From contig NC_135656.1 in NCBI RefSeq assembly GCF_964188315.1, positions 39,680,001-39,743,360 on the forward strand: a stretch of DNA of 63,360 nucleotides, in the 5' to 3' direction. This DNA comes from Podarcis muralis. Lineage: Eukaryota. Of the stretch, positions 13,096-27,692 are shown one piece after another; the first letter of the stretch is position 1; every line of letters starts with the position of its first letter. A program made the position numbers and the translations under genes. A model generated the notes under the pieces. It was not told where the DNA came from. It was given only the letters and a program-made list of their open reading frames with translations, and did no database searches.

Positions 13096-13865
13096 CTGCC
13101 TTAAAATTATGCAGAGTAGGGAACTGTCTAGCTCATCAGAGTGATGGTGCAGACTTCCAACAGTTGTCCATGACACTCTTGTAACCACCCAATATTTCAC
13201 TACAAATACTTACTGGAGGAAATCATGGCTTGTATCCAGTTAGACCTATTGAAATTAATGGAACTGTGTATGTAAATGAATTTAAATAGGTACGCTTTGA
13301 GTATAACTAACACTGAATAGAATCCCATGTCTTCCCAGGAACTCAGAAAAACAGAAACAGCATCTGAACTCGGTACAAGAGTAACCCCTGTGTTCTCCCT
13401 GTCCTTCCTCCCTTCCGAATGCTCCTTATTTGGTAAAATGTTGTGGATCTTTTTCTGGTTAATAGAAAACTGTTTCCCTCTGCACCAGCACACATTAATT
13501 TAATCTGTAAGTTATCCTAATTGAGACATTAATCCTTTCATCACAGTTTATATTAATGCCACAAATAGATCTAAACATGGCATAACTGTGATCTGTAGCC
13601 TTCTATCTTATTGAGCATCTGTGAGGTCATTAATTAAGTCACACATTGGGAAGGTGAGAATATAGCAAAGCTTGACATTTTTTGACAAGGGGAGAATGGA
13701 GTATTAGCAAAAATGTTTTGCCACACTTCTTTGCTGTTGCTGGAGAAACAATCATTTAAACACTGTTACAGAGTGCCAATAGGTACATTTCTTTATCTTC
13801 ACATGACCTCCTATTGGACTCTGCATGGTTTAGAAAACGTATAGATATTTTATTCATGTTCAGTA

Positions 13866-14075
13866 CAGTGGTACCTCGGGTTAAGAACTTAATTCGTTCT
13901 GGCATTCTTAACCTGAAACTGTTCTTAACCTGAGATACCACTTTAGCTAATGGGGCCTCCCACTGCCACAGTGCGATTTCTGTTCTCATCCTGAAGCAAA
14001 GTTCTTAACCCGAGGTACTATTTCTGGGTTAGCGGAGTCTGTAACCTGAAGCGTCTGTAATCCGAGGTACCACTG
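13866..14075. mobile_element. Tigger/pogo-like MITE, 210 bp
   Basis: TA TSD and TIRs CAGTGGTACCTCGG...CCGAGGTACCACTG. Same family as 30717-30942, opposite orientation. Confidence 0.88.
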
Positions 14076-17000
14076 TATACTTCTTTTATTCATGTTCAGT
14101 ATACTTCTGTGTCACTAAAAAGGCACGCTTTACCTCTAATTAATATTTATACCTTGCAGGCTTTATAATGGGGTACTGGATATGTGTCACAGGAGCTGTA
14201 CAGATTTCCTTATGTGCTGGTGGAGTGAAAAGTAGTTTTAACTGTCACATACTTTCTGGGCAGTCCCTGTTTTGTTTCTGTCATGACCATTAGTTTAAAG
14301 GCCCTGTTGAATTCCAGCCATATCACTTTGACATTTCAGAGTTGTTGAAATAATCGTCAGCATGTCTGTCTTCCTTATGGCTTGATATAGATCTGATGGT
14401 TGCAAGATGCTACTGCATGGTGACAGCAGAGACGGTTAAAACAGATGAGGTCTCAGTTGATGGAATTTGCCTTTTTGGGGCAGTTCCAGTGAAGTGGTGT
14501 GACCCAGACGTTTAAGAGAGAAATAAGCCCCCCAACTGCCGTAGAACACTTGAGTTTTAAAGTGAAAAACACAGTATATGTGTACAGATGCGTTGACTTG
14601 TAAAGTCAGCCACTCTGTTGAAAGCAATTAGATAATTTGGGAAAGGAAATGGCTCCTAACTTTTCTGTTCCTTTTATTTGCATGGCGTTTTGCTTTATTT
14701 AATTTCCTGCTGCCCCGTGTAATCAAAATATACCTTATAATGAACAAAACCTAGAGGTGGAGACCAAAGCAGGGCTTGATTTGCCTCCCAGGAAAATAAA
14801 TGCATATGCCTCTTTTGTGAAAGGGATTGATCTGCATCTATGTAGAGTTGTTGCAGTTTGTATTATTTATTATTGAACAGTATGTTGTAGAATTTAATTT
14901 ATGTCCCTTACTGTAGGCACAAGGCCCCGCTTGTCCCTTATTTTGACATTTTAGCCTGATAAAGCAAGATGCGACAAGCACAAAGTCATAGTATGCAATG
15001 AGTTAGGTGTTACTGATCTTACTGTTGGCAAAATAGCAGGTTGTGATTCCTTGAATTTTGTAAAAGCTGAGGCCACAGTGAATATCAATATGCTTTTGGG
15101 ACAGAAAATGTGTTAATTAAAGTCTGTGACTTTTTCAGTACTCCTATATGAGAGCATTTCCTTTTGAATTGACAGTATCAACACTTTTTTGTAGCTATTA
15201 TCATCTTCAGAATGTGACTACGTGGCTTTGTAGCTCAAGTGAACAAGCATCTGCTATGCACAAAATTAGCAATGTGACACTGTTTTACAGAATAACATAG
15301 TGTGGTCTTGTTTTTAATTTGACACTAATTTGAAGTGGGAAATTATGAAGGGATCTGTAAGTAGCAATCCAGATTCATGGGGCAATATGTTTTTAGCTGC
15401 TTATAAGATTCCAAAAGAACAGCTTCTAATCCCATTTGTTCTGCTTCATGTTCACATCTTCAAGACAGACAGGTGCTATGTGCCCTTTCTGAAATCAAAA
15501 GATCTCCTCCCTTTACCGTACTCCCCAAAGGCTCCCAAGCCTTTCTTCTGTTAAAATTGTGTGGGATGTTTCTAGATTTACTCTGGCTCTGCTCTCTGAT
15601 AGATAGAAAGAATTAACTATTAATGGTATACAGGGTCAATAGAGCTCCACCAGATTATCCTATTGTTTTTGGAACACAAGAAAATGTTGCAATGTGGAGT
15701 GTTCATGTTTTTGTTGACCATGCCATTTGCTTACTAAGTTTTGGGAGAAAGTATTGAATTGTATAAACATGACTGTGCAGATAAACATAAAATTTTCAGA
15801 GGGAAATATTATTTCAAATTACATATCTACTAGAACCTTGTGGTAAAAGGCAGGTGAGAAATAAATACTTAGATAAACCCTGTGTCTTCCTCAGTTCTCC
15901 CTCTTGTGGTTGGGTGGTGCCATTTTGACACTTCAGGTCTGAGCATAGAATGCAGAGAGAATTATTTCACTCTCTGAAAGTGAGAGGACAGAAACCTATT
16001 GAGAGTTAGTCAGTTTAAACCAAGGATTAAGGTTTTACAATTGTAGTTTTAAACTATAATTTATTATTTTGGAGATGCTCTTTTTAAACACTAAAACAAA
16101 TATCCCTGTGCCTCAGTGAATAAAGATTTGGTTTTTTAGAAAAATTATTGACATCGGCATTTGTTAATTTTTAGAATAGGTTTTAATAGTAGTCCTTTCT
16201 GAATCAATATTTGTTTCAGAATTATAACAGAAAATATTCTGGTCCACAAATTTAATAATAAAAAGTGACTGGTACTTTGCCAAACTAGGATTACAAAGCA
16301 GAATTTCCAAAACGCACTGTTTCTGTTTCAGGAAGCATAAAATATCCTTAATGTTTTCTTAGTAAAGTAGGAATCAGGGCTCATGGGTACAGTTGCAAAC
16401 TGGATAAATTGTCATGGGCACCACACTTATACTATAACCAAGCACACACCTTAGCCTTCGCTATTGGCCACAATAAAAGGCTTCCTTCAAGTTTAATTTC
16501 AATGGGGGCAACAGGTAAGTGGTTCCTGTGGGTGTCAGGGAAGGCTTCTCTTGGTACATATGCACCAAAAGGCACCATGTTGCTGATCCTTCCAGTAAAG
16601 CTGTTCTGTGTCCTATGTTCTTACAAACCATTTTCTCACCCAATCTGGGGTTCCAGCCTGAGTGAGTTTACATCAAGGATGGTTTTTAAAGTCTGTGAAT
16701 GTTCTGGTTGCTCAATTCCTTTCTTTCAAAACTGGGAGAAAGATAATTGCAAGTGAGACGTTAAATATATTTTTTCATATCATACCCTTGCAATAGTGAA
16801 TTGAGAAGCTATGCATCGACGTGAACTGAATTTGTCTTTTAATATAGAAGAGTTATTTTCTAACTTTAGTTCTTTAGATATTTGGAAAAGCGTGGTAGCC
16901 AATTGTACACAATAGTAAAAGCAAACAATGTGCCGTTTGAACAGCTTTGGTGACCTTGGGCTGTTCTGAGTAAAGTTATCAGCTTCCCTGTGAATTCACA

Positions 17001-20000
17001 TTATCACTAGTTTATGCTGGAGTGTTCTAGGAACAGACTTTGAGGACAGTCACACCAGCTGTATCTTTGCTCTCTATGCAGTTTCACTTATATGGAAAGC
17101 ACTGTCTTAGAGGGATAATGTGAAATATTGCTTGGGACAGTTGCGCAGTTTGCTCATTCATTGTTTATGTGCAAGGAAGCCAGCATGTAGTAAATGCTAT
17201 GAATGCACATACTTGATCATTGATTGCAACAATCTATATGCAGTTTTCACACTTCTTTCCCTACATAGAAGTACTTTACGTAGCTCTCTCTTCCGTCTTT
17301 TGTTGCCCACACAGTCTTAATTAAGTGCCTGGCTGCCAATTGCTTAGCAGAAGTGATTAACTCTGAAATCAAAACTTTTTTTACAGAGGTAACATTCAAT
17401 TATCAGGTGGGTTTTCCTGGCTTATTTTGATTCCGCAACCACCTAATACAGAAACTGGACATCTTTTTACTTCATTAGCTTATGTTAGACAATCACATCC
17501 CTATAGCAGTAACAGGCGCTGTAACCTTCCAACAGTTTGACTTCACCCAACCTCAACCGCTACCTTACACCTGGATGGTGGTAGGAAAATATTGTCCCTT
17601 TATAAAAATAAAAAATACATAGAAAACAGTTTTTTCAGGATTTTGTAAAGACATTGTTGATGTCATTTCTTGCATTAAAAACATTTAATTGTCACAAAAC
17701 ACTTATCAGCTGCATGCACACTTTCCATTTACATGGTTAACTATTTACCAAAAGGCAGTTCTCTGTATCAATTAGAGCAGTCATCTTCAGCCTTTTAACC
17801 TCAACCTGTAACATGCAACCCATGTATTGTTTATAATAACTCTTCCTTTTTCTCACCTTCCGTCTCTCTTTCTTCCCCTCTCTTTCTTCCTTTCTCTCTC
17901 TCTCTCTCTGTTTAATATATTCATGTATGTCTTCCTTTAGAGACTTTTTGAAGTGACTTTCAATCAAAGGAAAACAGCAAAAAATAAATAAATTGTGGTA
18001 GTAATGCTAGTGTGGTCCACTATAACTTGATCTGTGTCAGAGTCATTACTCTTCAGTTGATAATCACTAGAGGGGTTTTTTTGCCTGTTACCTAAAGCTG
18101 ATTGATACTCAAACATCAATTTTGTATTTGCATGGTGAAAGTTGACATTTTCAAACTGTCTTAATGCTTTGGTAAACATAACAAGTGAAGGCCATTGCAA
18201 AGAGAACTGATGAGAAACATATGATTGTACATAACACTAAACAGGAATATGACAGTTGATCTCACACTTTGAGGACCACAGAATGTAATTACTTTGTCAA
18301 TTTGATGAAAGCTATGTAAGGGGAATGATCTGCAACAGAAATCAACCACAGAGTCCTATTTTATGTGGTTTTTCTCAGCAGCATGTTTTAAATATTTATC
18401 TCTACTGATTTAAAATGTTGTGTATGGTCTCAAAATCACTGCCAAGTTATGTCACTTGGTGGTGTTCTGTTGCTGTAGATTTAACCCTGCGCCTGTCCTC
18501 CTGGTGTCTAGATTGCCAAAAATGTAGGAAAGACAATATTCTCTTTCAGCCAAATGAAGTGATGCATTCAGACTTCCTGAGGAAACGGCCTCTTGTGAGC
18601 AGCTAAAATATTTATTTATCCAGGTTTCTTCTTACTGAATTTGTTGTTTGCTAAAACAAGCAAAACTCTGCAGGCTGTAATGAGATAAACTAAAACTGAG
18701 TGTTACCCCCTGCCTGGATCTACAGATGAATGGTATTTGAGACACATTTTTAAAGGGAAATGAGATTCCCCCTCCTCTGAACATCTGGGGGGAAATGTGG
18801 AAAGTATGACAACTGGTGTCTTGCTGACATATTTGCATCAAAAGTGCTTGTGTTGACTATTTTAGATACACACACTATACGCACACACACACAAAATATT
18901 GTGAAAAGGCCTGGATGCTGATATGCATTTAATACAAATTTCCTAAATCTTTATATACTTCAAAGCTATAGGACAGCTGGTTCTTCTACCACCCTTCCCT
19001 TGTAACTTGCTCACATTTAATTATTCTTTTCTCCTCCCAATCTTTCTCTTTTCTGCTATCACCTTCACAATATGGGTGGGGAAACATGCAGTGGCTTCTG
19101 TTTTGCCCTAACCAACATAGGCAACTTCTAATTTTATGTATGTTCACCTTTTTATTCTTCCTGGGAGTTGCTTGCAAGCTATAGTTGCAAGCGATAGTTA
19201 ATAAATATAAAAGATGCTTATCTCTCGCAGACTGCTATCTCAACAGCTTGACAGTGGGGTAAAAAATGCACAGAAAGACAACCTGGTTACTTAAGATGTA
19301 ACCATGGAACACGTTTAGTTCTTATTTTGCAAAATCTGAGACACAAAAGGCATTTCATAAAAACAAACAGGATTCCAGCAAAGAGCAAGCTGAACCCCTG
19401 AGCAAAATATGCTGGACGTGCTGAAGCTATGCATGTCTGGGTCCGGCCAGCGCATGGATGGGTGACCATGTGGGAACCACGTGTACTCTGCCTTAAGTTC
19501 TGTGATGAAAGCAAGATGGTTTATAAATATAACTAGGAATGTGTTGAGACATTTTGAAATTCCCTCCACCCCCACTACATGTCTAGGCCCTACTTTCCCC
19601 CCACCTTGCCCACTGCCCCATGTCTGGCTGTCACAAGTTAGTGCTGTTGATGCTGCAATTCCTGCAGCCACTTGCCCTGCTGTCCCAGTTGACTCATTTA
19701 AAAAGACTGTGCATTGTTGTGCATAGGGAAAGAAGACACTTGGTGGCAGTGACTAGCTGATGTCGCTGTACTGTTTGCTGCTGTCAGCAGCTGTTGACAG
19801 CTGCGTACTGCAAAAGTAGACTCTGCCTTCTGCTGTTTGCAGGCAGCGGAGAATGCGATTCTACATCTTGCTTTAGATCCTTTCTATTACTGGAATTGGT
19901 CACAAAGTCATACTAGAAGCTCATGTAAATACTTAATTTCAGGGAAAGAGGTTGCCGTTCACTGAAGTTTGGCAATTACTGAATACGTTACTGATTACCT

Positions 20001-20640
20001 CTGTGTGATTTACATGTTTGAATAAATCGCCAGTCTCTGTAGTGCTGTGTCTTGCTTTATAGGGGTGGTATTGGAGGGACTCACTGTACCACAAAACTTA
20101 TCCGACAGGCAGTGTTTAAAGTTCCATTGAACTGCCATGTTAAATAATTCCACATGGCTTCTTTTTTAACTGCTATCCGTGCACTCTGTTGCATGCATTT
20201 GCAGTTGTCGGAATTGATTGATTGTAGGGTGGGTCATAAGTTTCCAAAGTTGGGTGATCTTGAAAACATTTATAACATTAATCTTTAAAAGTAGGAGCAT
20301 GTGATTAGCAAGGATTGTTTGTTCAGTGATTTTTTTTTTAAGAAAAGGTGGGGGACAGAAGGAAGAAGATGGTTGTTTTCATAATATACATGCATCATCA
20401 AAGTCTTGCCAAACTTGTCAAAGATAGAACTTGAAGGACCTGTTTAAATTATGTTTGTCCTACGGGTAGGGTTTTCCTCCCCTTTTTAAGGAAAAGCCAA
20501 AAGTTTTAATGTAGACTTGCTTTCAAAATCAATGTAAAAATTGCTGTTTCAGTTGTGCTTGGGAATTTTCTGAAATGAAGACCAAAGCACCTGCAAAAAC
20601 AGCCTGTTCTTTAGCTCGGATGTTCTCTTGCATCCCTTAA

Positions 20641-20754
<114 letters not shown>

Positions 20755-23700
20755 TAAGGCTGCACACACCTGCTCTCCAAAATGAGTAATAAATCTCATT
20801 GTTCTTTTTATATATTTCCCAGCTTACTGCCCTTCCTTATGTTTAGATAAGCAAATATGTCAACTTCAGAACAAAAGACTGTGAAAGCGTTGCCGTTTTG
20901 TGCTTTGAAGATTCTGAAAGCTTACAATGCCACATGGAAAACATATTGGCTTGCCCTCTCATCATATTCAGCAAGAGCTTTTATAGATGTAGAAATTAAG
21001 AATCGCAAGATTCCAGGTGTTCCTGTGAAATATCATAGACAATTGTGAAGCATGTACCATACTTTTAGAAGCAAGTGGCTCTGCCAAGAAAATCATTATG
21101 GATCTCCCACAATAATTCTTTAAAAAGAACAACAAACATTTCTAAAGTCTTTAAAAGGTCCAAGTTAGCCTTCTATTTGATTTTCCTTTGAGAAAAGGGA
21201 CGGGATGGAACTTGTGAGTTTGATACATGACAGGTCACTTGCCCACCAATACTTCCCACCTTGCCCACCTTCTACCACCACATTTCTTGCCAAGAATTCC
21301 AAAGCCTGCATTGCGGTCAGAATAACTTGCATGGACTTAAATATGTGTGTTCTTTTCTAGCTTGTTTAATCCGTTTCAGACAAAGAGGCCATGTTCCCTT
21401 GATGTAGAATTTGGATTTATTTATTTATTTAAAATGAATGTTAATTTAAATCCATGATTTAACAGCTTTCCATCTAAATTGAAGGTCAGACATTAAAAAT
21501 GATAAATTATTATGTTCATTTTTAAAATTACATTACAAAATAACATGCACACAAAAAAAGAAAACTAAGTAGAAAGACGTTCTGGAGAAATAAATTTGTT
21601 GTAGTCTATCAGTGCCAGCACTTCCTGTCATGCAGCATACTTTAGTTCCAGTATCTGACAAAGGAACCTCACTGCTCTGCAATATTTAGTTTAAGCTCAT
21701 TATTTCTATCAGCTTATACATTAAGACAACATTCAAGTTGTACATAAATAATACATCATTATTTAAGTTAACTACAGAATATACTACAAGTGCAGATAAT
21801 ATTGTTGGGATGCAGTTTAGTAGCATTTTTAGCTACTTTTACTGTATTTCTTTGATGAAAGTCCTCTCCTGCCCTCACCGTGCTTACTAGGCAGTTTTTA
21901 GAATTGCTAGTTCTGCTGGTTCTGCAACAGGATGGTAGCACAATAAGCATAGTTTTATTTTTAAAAATTATATTTGTAAACCACTTAGAAAAAGTATAGA
22001 AATTATTAAATAATAACCGCTATGTTAAGTGTTGTGCAGTACAGCAGCAGTAACTAAGGGCAAATACCTTGTCTGTTTATGAGGAAAATTCAAGAATATT
22101 GAGAAGACTTCAAAAGTTATAAAAACGTTGCATTCAAAGGCTTATTGGAAAATGGGAATTGGCCTTATTAAAACATGGGTGAATCTCTTTCATGGCAGGC
22201 ATGTTTTAAACTCAGATCAAATTCTATATATAATTTTGTAAGACAAGTTATGTCATTTTTAACAGCATCGCTTAATTTGTCACTGTGAACTCCCTACAGA
22301 AAATCTGTAGTTCCCAGCATGGACACAGTAAAAAAAAACCCTACAGGTGTTTTTCCCCATCTATGTCTTATAGATGAAACATATATCATATAAAAACTAC
22401 AATTCCCATATTGTGAATTGCAGATTCTACTAAGAGAGTTCACACTGACAAAGAAGGTCCATTCGCAAAAGGTTTTGCACCAAATACTGTTAATACAGAG
22501 TTGCGGGGGGGAGGGATCAGCCACAGCATGTTTTTAAAGGAAGCTACCACAGAATCACAATCAAACAGATTAGAACCGTTGTGGAAAAACAGGACATCCT
22601 TGGGAAGATCCATTATCCCAGAGTGTCTAAGGGCATGTCAGTCATTTTAACAACTTGGCTTGTCTCACAAACAGGAGCCAAAGCAGCCTAATATGACAAC
22701 AGCTAGAAGTGCTTGGGAAAATGCCCCTTCTGGCACCTTCTGGAACAGGGTTGTGCCCTACATTCTCTCCATATCCTAATACCACCACTTATCACACTTA
22801 GTGATGGAGCTCCTTTGTATATTTTTTGTTTGTTTGTTTCACTGTAATGTCTAACCTTTGTTTTTTCTGAAAATAATTAGATGGTTGGGTTTGCTATTTT
22901 TGATTAGACCTAGGAAAAAACACACTAAACATTATATATATATGAAATGCCCATTCTTTCATTCTGTATAAATCGTTATCAGTTTGTATTTCTTAGTTTT
23001 TCCCCTTTATGACAAATCATAAAGCAGGAATCAAACTTCTTATGATGTTTTACAAGAAGAATTCTGAAACATGTGTCACCTTTTGTGCATGCTTTCTGCT
23101 CCATGTATATATACAAATAAAAGGCAGTATCCCATGGGGCTCCTGTTTGAACAGAAACTTAAAGCAACCTTGATTTCTGTTTGTATATCTGTTCAGTTTT
23201 TTGTATAGGATTGGATTCCAACTTAACGAAGGTTGGGGAGCACTACACCTTATTTGCAAACTTGAAGCTAAAGCCCGTATTCATAAACTATTCAACAAAC
23301 AATTTTCAGATAGCATTTCCATGATTTGTGCCAAGGATTATTTATAACAAAATTATGTTTTCCCTTAGGCATCTGTGAACAGTTGGTCCGATTTATTTCT
23401 GTGTTTTATCCATCATCTTTGGAGGATTGAAAAAAAGTGATGGATGAAATTACATGAAAATTGAAACAAAATAGTAAAGCAAGCCCTGGGGGTAAACTCA
23501 CTCTCATTGTAAATAGAGTACTTTGGTAAACTTGTTCTGATTTGTTCTGTAAGATGGTGCTAATTACAGATTTCTAAGTTCAGTTAATTTTATTTTAAAA
23601 ACATCATGGGGAATATTCTAATGAGAACATCTGTTGAGCACACAGTGAGCCAAAAACTAGGCTGAGCCAAAATTCAATTGAATGGAGGTGTCTTGAATTT

Positions 23701-26567
23701 GCTTAGGTCAGTGTGTGTGTAAACTTTAAACTCCTCCTCCTTTCTCACCCCCAAGTAAAATTAAAGCTTTTCTCCCACATCTGTGCTGTCTTCAGAGCAG
23801 CACCGTACTTTACGTGAAAAACCTGTTCGATATATACGACAGTGTTTCCCACAAAAAATACTAGAGGGCATAAAGGGTACAGCAGTCCCATGTTCGGCCA
23901 GAGTGATATGAACACAAGTATTTAAGTGCACATCTGTTTGTCCACAGTTCACCTACTTGCTGTGGGAAACATTGGTATGTACATAGGATTGGGTTTTCCA
24001 TATAAAAAAAATTATCAGCGTTTTTGTATCCTAAACGCTATTTGACTATGTTTATCACCAGCACAGAGAAGGAACAAACGACCATTTAGATTAAATAATC
24101 AGAGACACAAGTTTCCAAAGGCATACATTTAAGTCATGGCAATTTCATTTGGTCAGAACCATATTCACCAAACTTGAAACTTTATTATACTCTCTTCTCT
24201 GCCCTTTGTGGTCATTGTGGGGACTCCAAGGCAATCACTCATCGATCTATCTATCCAACTGTCAACAGCTAATTTAATGTTCTTTAAAGTGTCACTTAAC
24301 CTTGAATGATGTTGGCCTAAGTCCTTATAGACTTCAAGCTAGACGTCAACTGGCATTATTTCTTCAGCTGGCCAAAACAACGCACTTTGAGAGCTGCAAT
24401 CTTCTGCTACGTATTTTCCCAGGGTTCAAACTTTTCTAGTTAAACTGAATGTTAATCAAAACAGCAGAAAAATGGGCAAATTGTATTTAAAAGGCTGGTG
24501 TCTTGCACCATTCCAAAAATATTTGGGGCATGTAAAAAGAGTTCTGGAGCATCTTCAAAAGTGTTCTTGTTTTGATGATACATTTGACTCTTATCAAATT
24601 TAATTTTTGGTCTATTCTATTCTCATCATCTTAATTTAACCCATTGGTGCAATAAATCTTGAAGTCACCTACTCACAGAGGAAATGCTCTTTTACACAAA
24701 TTTTACACAGGCTACTTAACAGCAAAAGCCATTGCCAGCAAAGCTGGTAACTAAAAATCATGGATGTACAGAAGATCTGCAGCTGACTTCTTATATATCT
24801 TTTGATTCTATCTTCAAATCAGCAAACAATGGGCCCTTTGCCGTGGGCTCACTTCCTCCAGATGTTCATCTTTATTCATCCCCTTTAGAGATTTCTGGAT
24901 ACCTTTTTATTAAGAAAAAAACAACCCTCCAGTTTTAGGGAACTCCCTTTTAGGTATTTTTCCTTCCTTTCACTTTGCTTTGGTTGTATTTCTATAGGAT
25001 TTTATTGATACATGTAAAGGGTCTTGTGCTCATATGTACTTTATCTGAGCAAAGCCAATCCAAATAAGCTATATCAACCCAAAGATTGAAATAGCCCAGT
25101 CTACATTTCTCTGTTGTGACAGTTTTCAATGTCTTCAAGCTAGATATTCCTTCCTCCTCACAAAACTTCAGTTCTCTTTCAGTGTGAATGATTCTGAAAT
25201 CAGCTATAGCCTGTTTATATAGCCAAATGTCCAGGCAGCACTCTGCCATTTGGGTGTTTTTACTTACGCTCCAAATCTAGCCCTGCTGTGTATGGGTTCC
25301 AACTAACAAAGTCATTGTGGGAGCAGAATAACATCGGCTTACACAAGATAACTTCCCCGAGCATTAACAAAAGCAGGAAGGTGGGAACACACAACACTGC
25401 TTCTAGCTGCCAGTTTTTAAATGATTCTTTAATTTAGAGTGTTTGTTTTGACCTTACGAAGCCCTATGCAGCCCATGACCCTACTACCTAAAGGGCCACC
25501 TCTTCCCATATGAAAGACAGACACAGGCCTTCTCTATAGTAACTCCCTTCTCTAGAAAACTCTCCATGATAAAAGAAAGGCATGCCTGGCACCAACTTCA
25601 CTCTAATTATGCAGTAGATAAAAATGTTTTTATTCATTCCAGTCGTTCCGGACAGCTTTATGATACTGATGCTGCAGTTCTTCAATCCGGGCTTTACTGT
25701 GTGTTTTTATAAATGTTACTGCACTGAGATTGCTCATTGTTTTAACATGTTTTATTGTATGGGAGAGAGAATATCACTTTGAGACTTTTTAGTATTATGC
25801 GATTTTAAAAAAGAATCACTACTAAGGCCCTGCCCCACACAAGGAAATGAGGAATGAGAGGGTGGACAGCAAAGCAAGGTCAAGTAAAAATTAAGAGATT
25901 TAAAAACTATTAAGCAGTTTATAAATGCTTTTAAATAAAGAAAGTTCTTAAAGTTACAGTTCTTAAAACAGTTTTACAAGGTCTGCCTCTGCAGATTCTG
26001 ACTGTATTGAATAGCAGCAACTTCATGGTGGTGGGGGCAGTTCTGCCAGTCTTGCACTCCCTAGAGGTACCCCCTTCTCCCCCACCCTGCCCATCAGATC
26101 CAGGAGCAGAGCAGATGACAGTGTCCAGGCCAGGAGAACAGGGCAGCTCCTGCCCCACAGTCAGAAAGCTGACTTGATGATGGTAAAAGAAATCAGAGTA
26201 AACACAGCATTCTCCTTTGCACCTATCCATCATTTCAACATGCCTATATGTCTCCTTTCACCTGTCACACACTTTAAAATTCCTGTTGGGGGAAAACCAA
26301 CAACTTGATTCCTTTGTTGTTATATTTTAACTTATTTGGCATAACAAAAGTTAAAACTTTCTCAAATCAGACCTTTTCGATAGATGCACACCCTACATTC
26401 TAACTGTAACATAAGCCCTTATTTGTAGTTAAATTATGATGTATTACATTTTTGTGCATTTTGTTTTATTATAATCTGAGCCTTTTCACACTTAATAAGG
26501 GACCAGTGCTCTAAGCTATGTTAGGTTGAAGGTTATCATCTTGAATTGACTCTCATACTATCCAAAA

Positions 26568-26925
26568 GGGATGTGGGTGGCGCTGCGCGTTAAATCACAG
26601 AGCCTAGGACTTGCCGATCAGAAGGTCAGGGGTTCGACTCCCCGCAACGGGGTGAGCTCCCGTTGCTTGGTCCCTGCTCCTGCCAACCTAGCAGTTCGAA
26701 AGCACCTCAAAGTGCAAGTAGATAAATAGGTACTGCTCCAGCGGGAAGGTAAACAGCGTTTCCGTGCGCTGCTCTGGTTTTACCAGAAGCGGCTTAGTCA
26801 TGCTGGCCACATGACCCGGAAGCTGTACACCAGCTCCCTCGGCCAATAAAGCGAGATGAGCGCCGCAATCCCAGAGTCGGTCACGACTGGACCTAATGGT
26901 CAGGGGTCCCTTTACCTTTACCTTT
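26568..26925 (+). mobile_element. Full-length Sauria SINE
   Basis: tRNA-like head, body shared with the 11227 copy, ACCTTT tail, and a 12-bp TSD TACTATCCAAAA at 26556-26567 and 26926-26937. Confidence 0.95.
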
Positions 26926-27494
26926 TACTATCCAAAAACCAGGGAAGCTTAGTTGTTGCTCTTCATTTCATTTCATGATCAGCATTGGTTTCATTTGCTA
27001 TAGAAGAACAATTCAACAAGAAAATAACAATTAATGGTAAAATCTGATCTTTTTTGCCTGCCAGTGGAACTGACATCATTGGCAGAATGAACTCCCCCAA
27101 ATTTAGTCTTATTTATATATATATATAAATTGTATATTGCTACAGCATGAAAAATATCAAAGTGGTTTACAGCAAATTATCAGTAGAAAAGACTCTATGA
27201 CCTGAAAATAGAGACAATGCACATACTTTTGTAACCCAAGAAAATCTTTAATAAAAATTGTTTTTTTTAGGTGGTGTACAGCTATAAAAACAAAACAGTG
27301 CAATAATACAATAAAGCCATCAAAACGTTAAAAACATATCTCAATTAATCATTGTGGAAGGGTCTACTCTTAATTGCCTGCATAGACCTGGAGGAATAGA
27401 AAAGTCTGTTGGTGGAGTACTCCAAAGGACTGGGCCAATGACACTGAAGGGATGCCCTTGAGCTGAGTTCTTAAATGCATGTGAATTCACAAAA

Positions 27495-27692
27495 GACTGT
27501 AGTAGAGCGGTAGAGCAGTAGAGTTCTTCTTTGCATGCAAAAGGTTCCAAGTTCAATCCCCAGCATCTAAAGGTAGAGCTTGCAGATACTATTGTCTGAA
27601 ATCTTAGAGAGCCACCACTGGTCAGTGTGGACATTACTGAGCAACAAGGACCAGTGTTGTGATTCAATATGATGCAGCTTCTTATGTTTCAA
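27495..27692 (+). mobile_element. Old tRNA-derived squamate SINE (Squam3-like)
   Basis: Degenerate A/B-box head (gtagagc...ctttgcatgcaaaaggttccaagttcaatcccc) and tail (agagccaccactggtcagtgtggaca...gcagcttcttatgtt). Family name assigned from memory. Confidence 0.6.

Noticed and set aside
26568-26660. tRNA-like sequences here, at ~11500-11589 and at ~27500
   Set aside because: They are SINE heads attached to SINE bodies and tails, not tRNA genes.
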